This document shows positions 10,321 to 20,301 of a DNA stretch of 60,716 nt, piece after piece. The translations under genes were made by a program, and so were the position numbers. This DNA comes from Betaproteobacteria bacterium (GTDB lineage: Bacteria > Pseudomonadota > Gammaproteobacteria > Burkholderiales > SG8-39): contig VBCH01000210.1 in NCBI GenBank assembly GCA_005884455.1, positions 1 to 60,716 of the forward strand, read 5' to 3'. The stretch's first letter is position 1; each line of letters begins with the position of its first letter. The notes below the pieces were generated by a model, which saw only the letters and a program-made list of their open reading frames with translations, was not told the origin of the DNA and searched no databases.

Positions 10321-11832
10321 GTGGAGGAAATCAACGCGCTGCTGCAGGGGTTCGGGGTCGCGCTGTCCCCGCTCAACCTGCTGCTGATGTTCGTCGGGGT
10401 CGTCCTGGGCATCATCATCGGCGTGCTGCCTGGCTTGGGCGGCGCGAACGGCGTCGCCATCCTGCTGCCTCTCACGTTCTCGATGGCGCAGCAGCCCGGC
10501 GGCACGACCTCCGCGATCATCCTGCTCTCGTGCATCTATTGGGGCGCGCTGTTCGGCGGAGCGATCACGTCTATCCTCTTCAACATTCCCGGTGAACCCT
10601 GGTCGGTCGCGACCACTTTCGACGGCCACCCGCTCGCGCAGCTGGGGCGCGCGGGGAGCGCGCTGACGGCGGCGTTTACATCCTCGTTCATCGGGGCCCT
10701 GATCGCCGTGATCATGATCACGTTTCTCTCGCCCGTCGTGGCGGGTTTTGCGCTGCGCTTCGGCCCGCCGGAATTCTTCTCGGTATACCTGCTCACCTTC
10801 TGCGCCTTCGTCGGCATGAGCGGCGGCAACGCCGCGAAGACCATCGCTTCCATGATGATCGGGTTCGCGCTGGCCGCCGTCGGCCTGGACAGCGTCACCG
10901 GGACCCTGCGGCTCACGTTCGGATTCACCTCGCTCCTGAAAGGGTTCGATTTCCTGATCGCAGTGATCGGCCTCTTCGGCATCGGCGAAATTCTGGAGAC
11001 GCTCGAGGAAGGCCTCGCGTTCAAGGGAGCGAGCGCGCGGATCAACTTCAAGGTCGTGCTCGAAACGTGGAAAGAGCTGCCGCGCTACTGGGCGACCTCG
11101 CTGCGCAGCGCCGCGGTGGGTTGCTTCATGGGAATCGTGCCCGGCGGGGCGACGCCGGCCTCTTTCATGAGCTATGGCCTCGCGCGCCGTCTCTCCAAGG
11201 ACGGCAATGACTTCGGCAGCGGCAAGGTCGAGGGCGTCGTCGCTCCGGAGACCGCGGCTCACGCCGCCGGCACTTCGGCGCTCCTGCCGATGATCACGCT
11301 CGGGGTACCGGGATCGCCCACGGCCGCGGTGCTGCTCGGGGGCCTGCTGATCTGGGGACTCCAGCCCGGCCCGCTGCTGTTCGTCGAAAAACCGGACTTC
11401 GTGTGGGGACTGATCGCCAGCATGTATCTCGGCAACATAGCCGGCCTGATCGTCGTGCTGACCTGTGTTCCGCTTTTCGCCGCGATCCTTCGCATCCCCT
11501 TTTCGATCATCGCGCCCGTCATCATCGTGATCTGCGCGATCGGGGCGTACACCGTGCACAACTCGATGTTCGACGTCTATCTGATGGTCGCGTTCGGCGT
11601 GCTCGGCTATGCTTTCAAAAAGCTCGGCTATCCGCTCGCGCCGTTGGTGCTGGCGCTCGTTCTGGGCGACCGGGCCGAGGAAAATTTCCGCAACGCGATC
11701 AAGGGCTCCCAGGGCGATCTTCTGGTCTTCTTCTCGAACGGGCTGGTGGGAGGCCTGACCAGTCTCGCCTTGCTGCTGCTGTTCTGGCCGTTCATCCGTG
11801 CGGGTTGGCGGATGGTGCTCGGAAAAAGCTGA
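10321..11832 (+). CDS. tctA: TTT large membrane subunit TctA
   Basis: GVLPGLG, ILFNIPG, DGHPLA, APETAAHA, LGVPGS, GLQPGP. Confidence 0.95.
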   Translation: MEEINALLQGFGVALSPLNLLLMFVGVVLGIIIGVLPGLGGANGVAILLPLTFSMAQQPGGTTSAIILLSCIYWGALFGGAITSILFNIPGEPWSVATTFDGHPLAQLGRAGSALTAAFTSSFIGALIAVIMITFLSPVVAGFALRFGPPEFFSVYLLTFCAFVGMSGGNAAKTIASMMIGFALAAVGLDSVTGTLRLTFGFTSLLKGFDFLIAVIGLFGIGEILETLEEGLAFKGASARINFKVVLETWKELPRYWATSLRSAAVGCFMGIVPGGATPASFMSYGLARRLSKDGNDFGSGKVEGVVAPETAAHAAGTSALLPMITLGVPGSPTAAVLLGGLLIWGLQPGPLLFVEKPDFVWGLIASMYLGNIAGLIVVLTCVPLFAAILRIPFSIIAPVIIVICAIGAYTVHNSMFDVYLMVAFGVLGYAFKKLGYPLAPLVLALVLGDRAEENFRNAIKGSQGDLLVFFSNGLVGGLTSLALLLLFWPFIRAGWRMVLGKS

Positions 11833-11844
11833 AAACGGGCGCGC

Positions 11845-12450
11845 TCAGGCGGCCCGCTGCCTGAGGCGGGACAGGGTTTCCGGGGTCAGATTGAGGTAGG
11901 AGGCCAGCTCTTTCTTGGGTATGCGGCCGAGCAGGTCCTGGTGCTTGCGCATGAAGCGCGCAAGGCGACCGGGGGCGTCGAGCAGATGAAGCGTGATCGT
12001 GTGCGCCATCACCTCGGACATCAGCCGCATGACCTCGTATTCGAAGCGCAGCTTCATTTCGATGTGGCGTTCGAGGAACTCGACCCAGTGGGGCATGGAC
12101 AGGCGCGCCACGCGGACCTTGGTGACCGCCGCGATGCTGTAGGGGATGGGGGTCTTCATCCGCCACGCGGCGTAGGAGGTGTCCATGTCGGTCTCGGCCG
12201 CGAAGCGCAGGATCATCTCTTTTCCCTGGGGATTGCTCACGACGCGCTTCAGGATCCCGTCCAGGATGAAGAACTGCTCCATGCTCGTGCTGCCTTGGCG
12301 CACCAGCGCCTCGCCCTTCCGGTACTCTGCGACCTCCAGCAGCGGCTCCAGATCGTTCCAGGCGGACGCCGGCATTTCGCGCAGGATCAGGTTCTGCTTG
12401 AGCTGCAGCCGGATGGTGTTGCGCTGCGGGTGATTGACGATTGCCGACAC
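11845..12450 (-). CDS. Crp/Fnr family transcriptional regulator (no cysteines)
   Basis: N-terminal beta-roll ligand domain (KGEALVRQG...ILDG) and C-terminal [19 protein letters not shown] with the ETxSR recognition helix; GTG start. Confidence 0.92.
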   Translation of the reverse strand: MSAIVNHPQRNTIRLQLKQNLILREMPASAWNDLEPLLEVAEYRKGEALVRQGSTSMEQFFILDGILKRVVSNPQGKEMILRFAAETDMDTSYAAWRMKTPIPYSIAAVTKVRVARLSMPHWVEFLERHIEMKLRFEYEVMRLMSEVMAHTITLHLLDAPGRLARFMRKHQDLLGRIPKKELASYLNLTPETLSRLRQRAA

Positions 12451-12492
12451 GGGCAGGACTTGCCGCGAAAGGGCTCAATTAAGCGGGAATTA

Positions 12493-12535
12493 TTGATCGC
12501 AGTCAAGGTGGAAAGGTCCTTAACAATCCTAGACT
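12493..12535 (+). promoter_or_regulatory. Crp/Fnr-type box plus -10 element, oxc-frc promoter (divergent from the regulator)
   Basis: TTGATCGCAGTCAA (12493-12506) and TAGACT (12530-12535); shares GGAATTATTGAT-N4-GTCAAG with the fdh promoter. Confidence 0.72.
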
Positions 12536-12594
12536 TTGGTTTCGAATCGACCCCGGCGCTTATCCGGCTGGGCACTGCACGCAAGGAGACCATC

Positions 12595-14394
12595 ATGGGA
12601 ACAGTCGAGGCGCAAGTCGCGACCGGTCAGGACGTGAAGAAGGGGAGCAGCGGCCAGATCGTCGCCAATGTGCAATCACAAGAATTGACCGACGGCTTTC
12701 ATCTGGTCATCGATGCCCTCAAGCTCAACGGCATCGACACGATCTTCGGTCTGCCCGGTATCCCGATCACCGATTTCACCCGCATCGCACAGGCCGAAGG
12801 GATGCGCGTGATTTCGTTCCGCCATGAGCAGAACGCCGGCAACGCCGCCGCCATCGCAGGCTTCATGACGCAAAAGCCCGGTATCTGCCTGACGGTGTCC
12901 GCCCCCGGCTTCCTCAACGGCTTGACGGCTCTCGCCAACGCCACCACCAATTGCTTCCCGATGATCCTTATCAGCGGCTCCTCCGAGCGGGAGATCGTGG
13001 ATCTCCAACAGGGCGACTACGAGGAGATGGACCAGCTCGCAATCGCCAGGCCGCTATGCAAGGCCGCCTTCCGCGTGCTGCACGCGGAGGACATCGGCGT
13101 GGGGATCGCGCGCGCGATCCGCGCCGCAGCCTCAGGCCGCCCGGGCGGCGTCTATCTCGACCTCCCGGCGAAGCTCTTCCCGCAGGCCCTCGACGCGGAG
13201 CTCGGGAAAAAGTCTCTGATCAAGGTGGTGGATCCAGCGCCCAAGCAGATTCCGGCGCCGGAGGCCGTCAGGCGTGCGCTCGAGCTCCTCAAGGGCGCGA
13301 AAAAGCCGCTGGTCATCCTCGGCAAAGGCGCGGCCTATGCGCAGGCCGACGCGGAGATCCGTTCCTTGATCGAGAAGACGGGCGTCCCGTACCTGCCCAT
13401 GTCCATGGCCAAGGGGCTGTTGCCGGATACGCATCCGCAGTGCGCTTCGGCTGCCCGCTCGTTCGTGCTGCCGGAGGCCGACGTGGTGATGCTCGTCGGC
13501 GCGCGCCTTAACTGGCTGCTCTCGCACGGCAAGGGCAAGACCTGGGGCGGCAAGGAGCACAAGGCGTGGGGCGGCCAGAAGTTCATCCAGATCGACATCT
13601 CGCCGCAGGAGATGGACAGCAACGTGCGCATCGACGCGCCCATGGTCGGCGACATCGGTTCCTGCGTGTCGGCGCTGCTCGCGGCGATTAACTCAACTGC
13701 GGGCTCGAGCTGGCCCAAGCCGCCGGCGGAGTGGCTGGGCGCGATCGCCGAGCGCAAGAACAAGAACATCGCGAAGCTGGCGGAGACCCTCGCCAAGAAT
13801 CCGACGCCGATGAGCTTCCACAGCGCGCTTGCCGTGGTGCGCGACATCGTCAAAGCCAACCCGGACGCGTGCCTCGTCAACGAAGGCGCCAACGCGCTCG
13901 ATTTCACCCGCAGCATCGTCGACATGTACAAGCCGCGCAAGCGCCTGGACGTCGGCACCTGGGGCATCATGGGCATCGGCATGGGCTTTTCGGTCGCCGC
14001 CGCCGTGGTCAGCGGCCAGCCGGTGATCGCGATCGAGGGCGACAGCGCCTTCGGCTTCTCCGGCATGGAAGTCGAGACGATATGCCGCTACAACCTGCCG
14101 GTCTGCGTGGTGGTCTTCAACAACAACGGCGTCTACCGCGGCACCGACGTCAATCCGACCGGCGGCCCCGACGTGGCGCCCACCGTGTTCGTCAAGAATG
14201 CGCGCTACGACAAGCTGATCGAGGCCTTCGGCGGCGTGGGCGTGCACGCGACGACCCCGGCCGAGCTGCGCAAAGCGATGGAAGAGGCCATCCGCTCGCG
14301 CAAGCCCACGCTCATCAATGCCGTCATCGATGAGAGCGCCGGCACCGAAAGCGGTCGTATCACCAGCCTGAACCCGAGCGCAAAAAAGAAATAG
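12595..14394 (+). CDS. oxc: Oxalyl-CoA decarboxylase (ThDP-dependent)
   Basis: AAGGAG SD then ATG at 12595; [51 protein letters not shown]. Confidence 0.97.
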   Translation: MGTVEAQVATGQDVKKGSSGQIVANVQSQELTDGFHLVIDALKLNGIDTIFGLPGIPITDFTRIAQAEGMRVISFRHEQNAGNAAAIAGFMTQKPGICLTVSAPGFLNGLTALANATTNCFPMILISGSSEREIVDLQQGDYEEMDQLAIARPLCKAAFRVLHAEDIGVGIARAIRAAASGRPGGVYLDLPAKLFPQALDAELGKKSLIKVVDPAPKQIPAPEAVRRALELLKGAKKPLVILGKGAAYAQADAEIRSLIEKTGVPYLPMSMAKGLLPDTHPQCASAARSFVLPEADVVMLVGARLNWLLSHGKGKTWGGKEHKAWGGQKFIQIDISPQEMDSNVRIDAPMVGDIGSCVSALLAAINSTAGSSWPKPPAEWLGAIAERKNKNIAKLAETLAKNPTPMSFHSALAVVRDIVKANPDACLVNEGANALDFTRSIVDMYKPRKRLDVGTWGIMGIGMGFSVAAAVVSGQPVIAIEGDSAFGFSGMEVETICRYNLPVCVVVFNNNGVYRGTDVNPTGGPDVAPTVFVKNARYDKLIEAFGGVGVHATTPAELRKAMEEAIRSRKPTLINAVIDESAGTESGRITSLNPSAKKK

Positions 14395-14416
14395 GCGCAG
14401 AGGTATTGGAGACCCA

Positions 14417-15688
14417 ATGGAAGCTTTAAAGGGCGTACGCATCCTCGACCTGACCCATGTGCAGGCGGGGCCGACGTGTTCGCAGCTGCTCGCCTGGATG
14501 GGCGCGGACGTCATCAAATTCGAGAACCCACAGGGCGACGCGACGCGCGGCCAGCTGCGCGACGTCCCCAACGCCGACAGCCTGTACTTCACGATGCTCA
14601 ACTGCAACAAGCGCTCGATCACTGTCAACATGAAGAGCGCCGAGGGCAAGCAGGTGTTCGTCGATCTCCTGAAGAAGTGCGACATCATCATGGAGAACTT
14701 CGGCCCGGGCGTGCTCGATCGTTTCGGCTTCACCTGGGAGAAGATCCACGAGATCAATCCCAAGATCGTGATGGGCTCGATCAAGGGCTTCGGCTCGAGC
14801 GGCCCCTACGCCGACTTCAAGGCCTACGAGAACGTGGCGCAGGCGATGGGCGGCGCGATGAGCACGACCGGCGTACCCGACGGCCCGCCGTTCGTCACCG
14901 GCGCGCAGATCGGCGACTCGGGCACCGGCCTGCACCTCGCCATCGGCCTGCTGGCCGCGCTCAGGCAGGCCGACCGCACGGGCAAAGGCCAGTACGTCGA
15001 GGTGGCGATGATGGACGGCGTCATGAACCTGTGCCGCGTGAAATTCCGTGATCACCAGCGCCTCATGCGCGGCGATATGCCCGAGTATTCGGTCCCGACC
15101 TACAAGGGCATGGGCGATGTGCCGCGCGCCGGCAACGACTCCGGTGGCGGCCAGCTCGGCAATGCCATCCATTGCAAGCCGCACGGGGCGAACGACTGGC
15201 TCTACGTGGTGGTGCAGGAAGCGGTGTGGGAGGACCTCGCCAAGCGCATCGGGCCGGATGTGGGCATGCCCGACATGGCCAGCGATCCGCGCTTCGCGAA
15301 GATCGGTGACCGGCGCAAGAACCAGAACCTCATGTGGACGCTGATCAACAAGTTTGCCGAGAAGTACACCAAGCGCGAGCTCATGGCGATCCTGAATCCG
15401 CTGGACGTGCCCTGCGGCCCGATCATGAGCACACAAGACCTCGCGAACGACGAGCACGTCCATGGCCGCGACATGTGGGTCGAGCTTGACCATCCGCAGC
15501 GCGGCAAGTGGTGGAACGTCGGTATGCCGATCAAGCTCTCGGCATCGCCCGCGCTGATCAAGCGCAGCCCGACGCTGGGCGAGCACACCGACGAGGTCCT
15601 GAAGGAAGTCCTCGGCTACGACCAGGCGAGGATCAATTCCCTTAGGAGCGCGGGCGCGTTCTCGGTGCCGCCGAAGAAAGCGGCGTAG
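14417..15688 (+). CDS. frc: Formyl-CoA:oxalate CoA-transferase (CaiB/BaiF family III)
   Basis: HVQAGP, DSLYFTMLNCNKRS, ENFGPG, YENVAQ, GDSGTG (catalytic Asp), GGGQLG loop; adjacent to oxc. Confidence 0.95.
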   Translation: MEALKGVRILDLTHVQAGPTCSQLLAWMGADVIKFENPQGDATRGQLRDVPNADSLYFTMLNCNKRSITVNMKSAEGKQVFVDLLKKCDIIMENFGPGVLDRFGFTWEKIHEINPKIVMGSIKGFGSSGPYADFKAYENVAQAMGGAMSTTGVPDGPPFVTGAQIGDSGTGLHLAIGLLAALRQADRTGKGQYVEVAMMDGVMNLCRVKFRDHQRLMRGDMPEYSVPTYKGMGDVPRAGNDSGGGQLGNAIHCKPHGANDWLYVVVQEAVWEDLAKRIGPDVGMPDMASDPRFAKIGDRRKNQNLMWTLINKFAEKYTKRELMAILNPLDVPCGPIMSTQDLANDEHVHGRDMWVELDHPQRGKWWNVGMPIKLSASPALIKRSPTLGEHTDEVLKEVLGYDQARINSLRSAGAFSVPPKKAA

Positions 15689-15690
15689 CT

Positions 15691-16623
15691 TTGAAAATAG
15701 CCATCGTCGGCCAGCAGGATTTTGGCAAGGCGGTTCTCGAAGCCTTTCTCGCTCGTGGCGACGAGATCGCCGGCGTCTTCTGCGCGCCGGAGAAGGAGGG
15801 AGCGAAGGCCGATCCGCTCAAGGCAGCGGCGCTGGAAAAGGGGCTCAAGATCTTCCAGTTCCAGTCGCTGCGCAACAAGGAAGCGCTCGACGCGATGCGC
15901 GCGCTCAACGCCGACATCGGGATCATGGCCTTCGTGCTGCAGTTCGCGCCGCAGGAGTTCGTGAAGATCCCGAGGAAGGGCACGATCCAGTACCACCCGT
16001 CGCTCCTGCCGAAATACCGCGGGCCGAGTTCGATCAACTGGCCGATCATACGCGGCGACGCCAAGACCGGACTGTCCATCTTCCGCCCGACCGACGGATT
16101 GGACGAAGGCCCAGTGATCCTGCAGAAGGAAACGCCGCTCAGCGCGGATGACACGCTCGGCAGCGTCTATTTCGATCGCTTGTTCCCGATGGGGGTCGCG
16201 GCGATGATCGAGGCTGCAGATCTGGTGATGGCCGGCAAGCATCGCGAGACGGTTCAAGACGAGACCCGCGCGAGCTACGAAGGCTGGTGCCGCGCCGCCG
16301 AGGCGAAAATCAACTGGGCGAGCCACGTCGATTTCACTTACAACCTGATACGCGGGTGCAATCCGGCGCCGGGCGCCTGGACCACGCTGGGCGGAAAGAA
16401 ACTGCAGATCTTCGACAGCCGCAAGCATCTGTTCCGCACCTTCGGCGCGGTCAAGGGCAAGATCGGCGAGATTTCCGAGATCGGCGCGGCGAGTTTCTTC
16501 GTGACCGCTCAGGGCGGACGAATCGAAGTCCTCAAGGCAAAGCACGAGGACGGCAAGAAAGTATCCGCGGCCGAACTCGTAGCCCAGAACGGCCTCACTC
16601 CGGGCACGGTGCTCGGGAGCTGA
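15691..16623 (+). CDS. Formyltransferase resembling the N-terminal 10-formyl-THF hydrolase/transferase domain of ALDH1L1 (would usually be annotated as Fmt)
   Basis: MKIAIVGQ..FG, KADPL, YHPSLLPKYRG, DGLDEG, LFPMG, SYEG, IRGCNPAPGAW; TTG start 2 nt after the frc stop. Confidence 0.85.
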   Translation: MKIAIVGQQDFGKAVLEAFLARGDEIAGVFCAPEKEGAKADPLKAAALEKGLKIFQFQSLRNKEALDAMRALNADIGIMAFVLQFAPQEFVKIPRKGTIQYHPSLLPKYRGPSSINWPIIRGDAKTGLSIFRPTDGLDEGPVILQKETPLSADDTLGSVYFDRLFPMGVAAMIEAADLVMAGKHRETVQDETRASYEGWCRAAEAKINWASHVDFTYNLIRGCNPAPGAWTTLGGKKLQIFDSRKHLFRTFGAVKGKIGEISEIGAASFFVTAQGGRIEVLKAKHEDGKKVSAAELVAQNGLTPGTVLGS

Positions 16624-16855
16624 CTCGCGCCGGCGCGGCGGCCTGCTCGGCTGGCGCGGTGGATCGTCGCATTCTCCTTCGCGGCTTTTGCTGCCGAAGG
16701 GAAATTTGACTGCCCCCACTTTTCACTGTAAAAATGTCCCCTAGAGCATTGTTTATTCAGTAACTTGCTGCTCTTCATCGGCGAGAGGGGGTTAGCGTAA
16801 AATGCGAGCACTCGGAGCGCATCCCTTACAACAATAAAAACAAACGGGAGAGGCT

Positions 16856-19429
16856 ATGACCAAAGCGGGCTTCTGGAAAAAAGACTGGTTTCTCTGCCTG
16901 GGGGTGTCGCTCGTGATGCTCGCGGCCGGCGGGACCCAGCTGATCGAGGCCCTCGAGCGCTTCGCGTACGACTGGGGTGTCCGGGCCTCGGCGCGAACCC
17001 CGTCAGACAAGATTTCGGTGATCGCGATCGACAAGCGCAGCATCGACAATATCGGTCGCTGGCCGTGGTCGCGCGAGGTCCATGCAAAGATGATCGAACG
17101 CCTCGCGGACGCGAAAGCCAAGGTCATCGGATACACGGTTTTTTTCTCTGAGCCGCAGCTCGATCCGGGCCTCGTCTATGTCAACAAGCTTCTCGAGGCC
17201 TACCAGCGTCTCGTGCCGGTGAACGCAGATCCGGGCGCGCCGCCCCGCGGCGTTTCGCCTGAGCTGCTTCAAATCGGCGCGACGCTGCAGGAAGCCGAGA
17301 GCGCGCTCAACACCGACAGGAAGCTCGCCGAGAGCTTCGCCAAGGCGGGCAACGTGGTGCTGCCGCTGCTGTTCACCTTCGGCGAGCCGCGCGGCAAGCC
17401 CGACAAGCCTCTTCCCGAATTCGTGCGCAAGAACGCGCTCTCGATCCAGGGCGGCAGTGGCGATCTGCCCCTCTTCACCAGCGCCGTCGAAGTGCCGATC
17501 GTTGACAGTCTGGGCGCCGCCGCAGCCGCGGTGGGGCATCTGAACTCGGTCCCCGACGTGGACGGAGCGATCCGCACCGAAGCGCTCGCGGTCACCTACT
17601 ACGATGAATACTACCCGTCGCTCGCGGTCATGATGGTTGCAAGGAGCCTCAATCTGACCGCCAAGGACATCAAGATCCGTCCCGGCGAAGCGCTGCAAAT
17701 CGGCAATTTCCGGGTGAGCGCGGATCCGACGATGCAGATGTTCACGTATTTCTACAAGGACCGGGAGGGCAGGCCGGCCATCCAGGAGGATTCGTTCTAC
17801 GACGTGGCGAGCGGCAAGATCCCGCTGGAAAAGTACCGCGACAAGATCGTGCTGATCGGACCGACCGCCGCCGGGGTCGGCAGCATATTCGTCACGCCGG
17901 TGAATCCGGCCATGCCGGCCGTGGAGCTTCAGGCGCATACGGTCTCGTCGCTCTTGCAGGGGCATTTTTTCGTCGCACCCACCTGGGGCTGGGTCGTCGA
18001 GAGGTCGGTTTATCTCCTGGTGGCGGTCTATCTGATCGCCTTGCTGCCGCGGCTTTCCGCCGGCGTCGGTGCCGTGGTCAGTGCCGGCATCGTGGCGGTT
18101 CTGATCGCCACGCACTTCGTGCTCATGACCGGCCAGGGCATGTGGCTGCAATTCATGCTGCCGGCCGCCTTGCTGGTCATCGGTCACGTGTTGCTCGTTA
18201 CAAAGCGCTTCGTCGTCACCGAGCGCGGGAAAGAGGTATCCGACGCGCAGTCGGCAGCCAACGCGCGCATGCTCGGCCTCGCGTTCCAGGGGCAAGGCCA
18301 GCTCGACATGGCTTTCGATTACTTCCGCAAGGTGCCGCTGGACGACACCCTCATGGATAACCTCTACAACCTTGCGCTCGACTTCGAGCGCAAGCGCCAG
18401 TTCAACAAGGCCGAAGCCGCATTCCGCTACATGGCCGACTACAACCCGAAGTTCCGCGATCTCGAAGCGAGGTTGTCGCGCGCCAGGCAGATGTCGGAAA
18501 CTCTCATCCTCGGCGGCGGGCAGACTCACCCCGGCGGGACCCTCGCGCTCGGGGGGGGCGCCGAGAAGCCTATGCTCGGCCGCTATCGGGTGGAGAAGGA
18601 GCTCGGCAAGGGCGCCATGGGCGTCGTGTATCTCGGCAAGGATCCGAAAATCGGACGCGTCGTGGCGATCAAGACCATGGCGCTTTCCCAGGAATTCGAG
18701 GCGGACGAGCTCGCCGAGGTGAAGGAGCGGTTCTTCCGCGAAGCCGAGACCGCAGGGCGTTTGAGCCACCCGAACATCGTGACCATCTTCGACGCGGGCG
18801 AAGAGCACGATCTGTGCTACATCGCGATGGAACTCCTGAAGGGTCAGGATCTGGTGCCGTTCACCAAACCAGGCAGCACGCTCTCGACCGACAAGGTCGT
18901 CTCGATCGTGGCGAGAGTGGCCGACGCGCTCGGCTACGCGCACAGGCAGAACGTGGTGCACCGGGACGTGAAGCCGGCCAACGTCATGTACGAGCCTGAA
19001 AGCGACACCGTCAAGGTGACCGATTTCGGAATTGCCCGCATCACGGATTCGTCCAAGACCAAAACCGGAATGGTGCTCGGCACGCCGTCCTACATGTCGC
19101 CGGAACAGCTCCAGGGCAAGAAGATCGACGGGCGCAGCGATCTGTTCTCGCTGGCGGTAAGCCTGTATCAGCTTATTTGCGGCAAACTACCGTTCGAGGG
19201 GGATTCGATGGCGCAACTCATGTTCAGGATCGCGAATGAAGATGCGCCCGATATCCTGCAATTCCACCCGTCCCTGCCGCCGGCTCTGGTCGCCTTCCTT
19301 GACAGGGCGATGGCCAAGGACGCGGGCGAACGTTACCAGACAGGCGAAGAATTCGCGGGCTCATTGCGAAGGACTGTGGGCGGTCCTTCCGCCGCGGCGG
19401 TCGGCGTCGGGGTCGACATCAGCCTGTGA
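16856..19429 (+). CDS. Membrane Ser/Thr protein kinase: CHASE2, 3 TM, TPR-like linker, Hanks kinase
   Basis: IAIDKRS...GRWPWSR (CHASE2); LGKGAMGVVY, VAIK, HRDVKPAN, DFG, GTPSYMSPEQ. Confidence 0.95.
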   Translation: MTKAGFWKKDWFLCLGVSLVMLAAGGTQLIEALERFAYDWGVRASARTPSDKISVIAIDKRSIDNIGRWPWSREVHAKMIERLADAKAKVIGYTVFFSEPQLDPGLVYVNKLLEAYQRLVPVNADPGAPPRGVSPELLQIGATLQEAESALNTDRKLAESFAKAGNVVLPLLFTFGEPRGKPDKPLPEFVRKNALSIQGGSGDLPLFTSAVEVPIVDSLGAAAAAVGHLNSVPDVDGAIRTEALAVTYYDEYYPSLAVMMVARSLNLTAKDIKIRPGEALQIGNFRVSADPTMQMFTYFYKDREGRPAIQEDSFYDVASGKIPLEKYRDKIVLIGPTAAGVGSIFVTPVNPAMPAVELQAHTVSSLLQGHFFVAPTWGWVVERSVYLLVAVYLIALLPRLSAGVGAVVSAGIVAVLIATHFVLMTGQGMWLQFMLPAALLVIGHVLLVTKRFVVTERGKEVSDAQSAANARMLGLAFQGQGQLDMAFDYFRKVPLDDTLMDNLYNLALDFERKRQFNKAEAAFRYMADYNPKFRDLEARLSRARQMSETLILGGGQTHPGGTLALGGGAEKPMLGRYRVEKELGKGAMGVVYLGKDPKIGRVVAIKTMALSQEFEADELAEVKERFFREAETAGRLSHPNIVTIFDAGEEHDLCYIAMELLKGQDLVPFTKPGSTLSTDKVVSIVARVADALGYAHRQNVVHRDVKPANVMYEPESDTVKVTDFGIARITDSSKTKTGMVLGTPSYMSPEQLQGKKIDGRSDLFSLAVSLYQLICGKLPFEGDSMAQLMFRIANEDAPDILQFHPSLPPALVAFLDRAMAKDAGERYQTGEEFAGSLRRTVGGPSAAAVGVGVDISL

Positions 19430-19445
19430 GCTTCGTTGAAGCATC

Positions 19446-20270
19446 ATGACTTTATCGGGAGCGCTTGAAGTCGCGAGTTGTACCGATCCCGGAATGGTCA
19501 GGTCCCATAACGAGGACTCGATCGCGTCGGATGGGGATCAAGGCCTCGTCGTGTTGGCCGATGGTATGGGGGGATACAACGCGGGCGAGGTGGCGAGCGG
19601 CATGGCCACGACGGTGATCATCACCGAGCTGCAGCAGCTGCTGGAGAAGAGAGTTCCATACGAGATCGACGCACACAGCGGCCAGCTCGTCGCGCACCAA
19701 CTGTTGCACGAACAGATCGCCAAGGCGAACACGTCGATCTATCAGGCCGCACAGAGCCAGCCTCAGTATGCCGGCATGGGGACGACCTTGGTCGTCGCCC
19801 TGTTCTACGACAACAAGATGACCGTCGCGCACATCGGAGATTCGCGGCTGTACCGGCTGCGCGGCGGCGAGCTGCGGCAGGTCACCAAAGATCATTCGCT
19901 TCTCCAGGAGCAGATCGACAGCGGCGTGATCACACCGCAACAGGCCCGGCAGTCCCAGAACAAGAATCTGGTTACGCGCGCGCTCGGTATCGATCCGATC
20001 GTCGAAGCGGAGATCCACGACTACGAGACGCAGCCGGAAGACATTTATCTCCTCTGTTCGGACGGCCTTTGTGATATGGTGAGCGACGACGACATCGGCC
20101 TCGCGCTGCAGACGCTCAGCTCCAACTTGAAACTATGTGCGCAGCATTTGGTGCAAACGGCCAATGATAACGGGGGCCGAGACAATATTTCGGTAATACT
20201 GGTCCGGGTGCTGCGGGACTACCCCGCACCGCGCAGCATCGTGGGCAAGATGATGAGCTGGTTCAAATAG
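19446..20270 (+). CDS. PP2C-type Ser/Thr phosphatase (Stp1/PppA family)
   Basis: RSHNED, ADGMGG, HIGDSR, LCSDGL, GGRDNI. Confidence 0.95.
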   Translation: MTLSGALEVASCTDPGMVRSHNEDSIASDGDQGLVVLADGMGGYNAGEVASGMATTVIITELQQLLEKRVPYEIDAHSGQLVAHQLLHEQIAKANTSIYQAAQSQPQYAGMGTTLVVALFYDNKMTVAHIGDSRLYRLRGGELRQVTKDHSLLQEQIDSGVITPQQARQSQNKNLVTRALGIDPIVEAEIHDYETQPEDIYLLCSDGLCDMVSDDDIGLALQTLSSNLKLCAQHLVQTANDNGGRDNISVILVRVLRDYPAPRSIVGKMMSWFK

Positions 20271-20301
20271 CTTGAAATAGTTTGAGCAGAGGGATACTGC
20301 T

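Noticed and set aside
11941-12594. Apparent 218-aa N-terminal extension of Oxc in the ORF track
   Set aside because: It overlaps the Crp/Fnr gene on the other strand and the promoter; a good SD and ATG are at 12595
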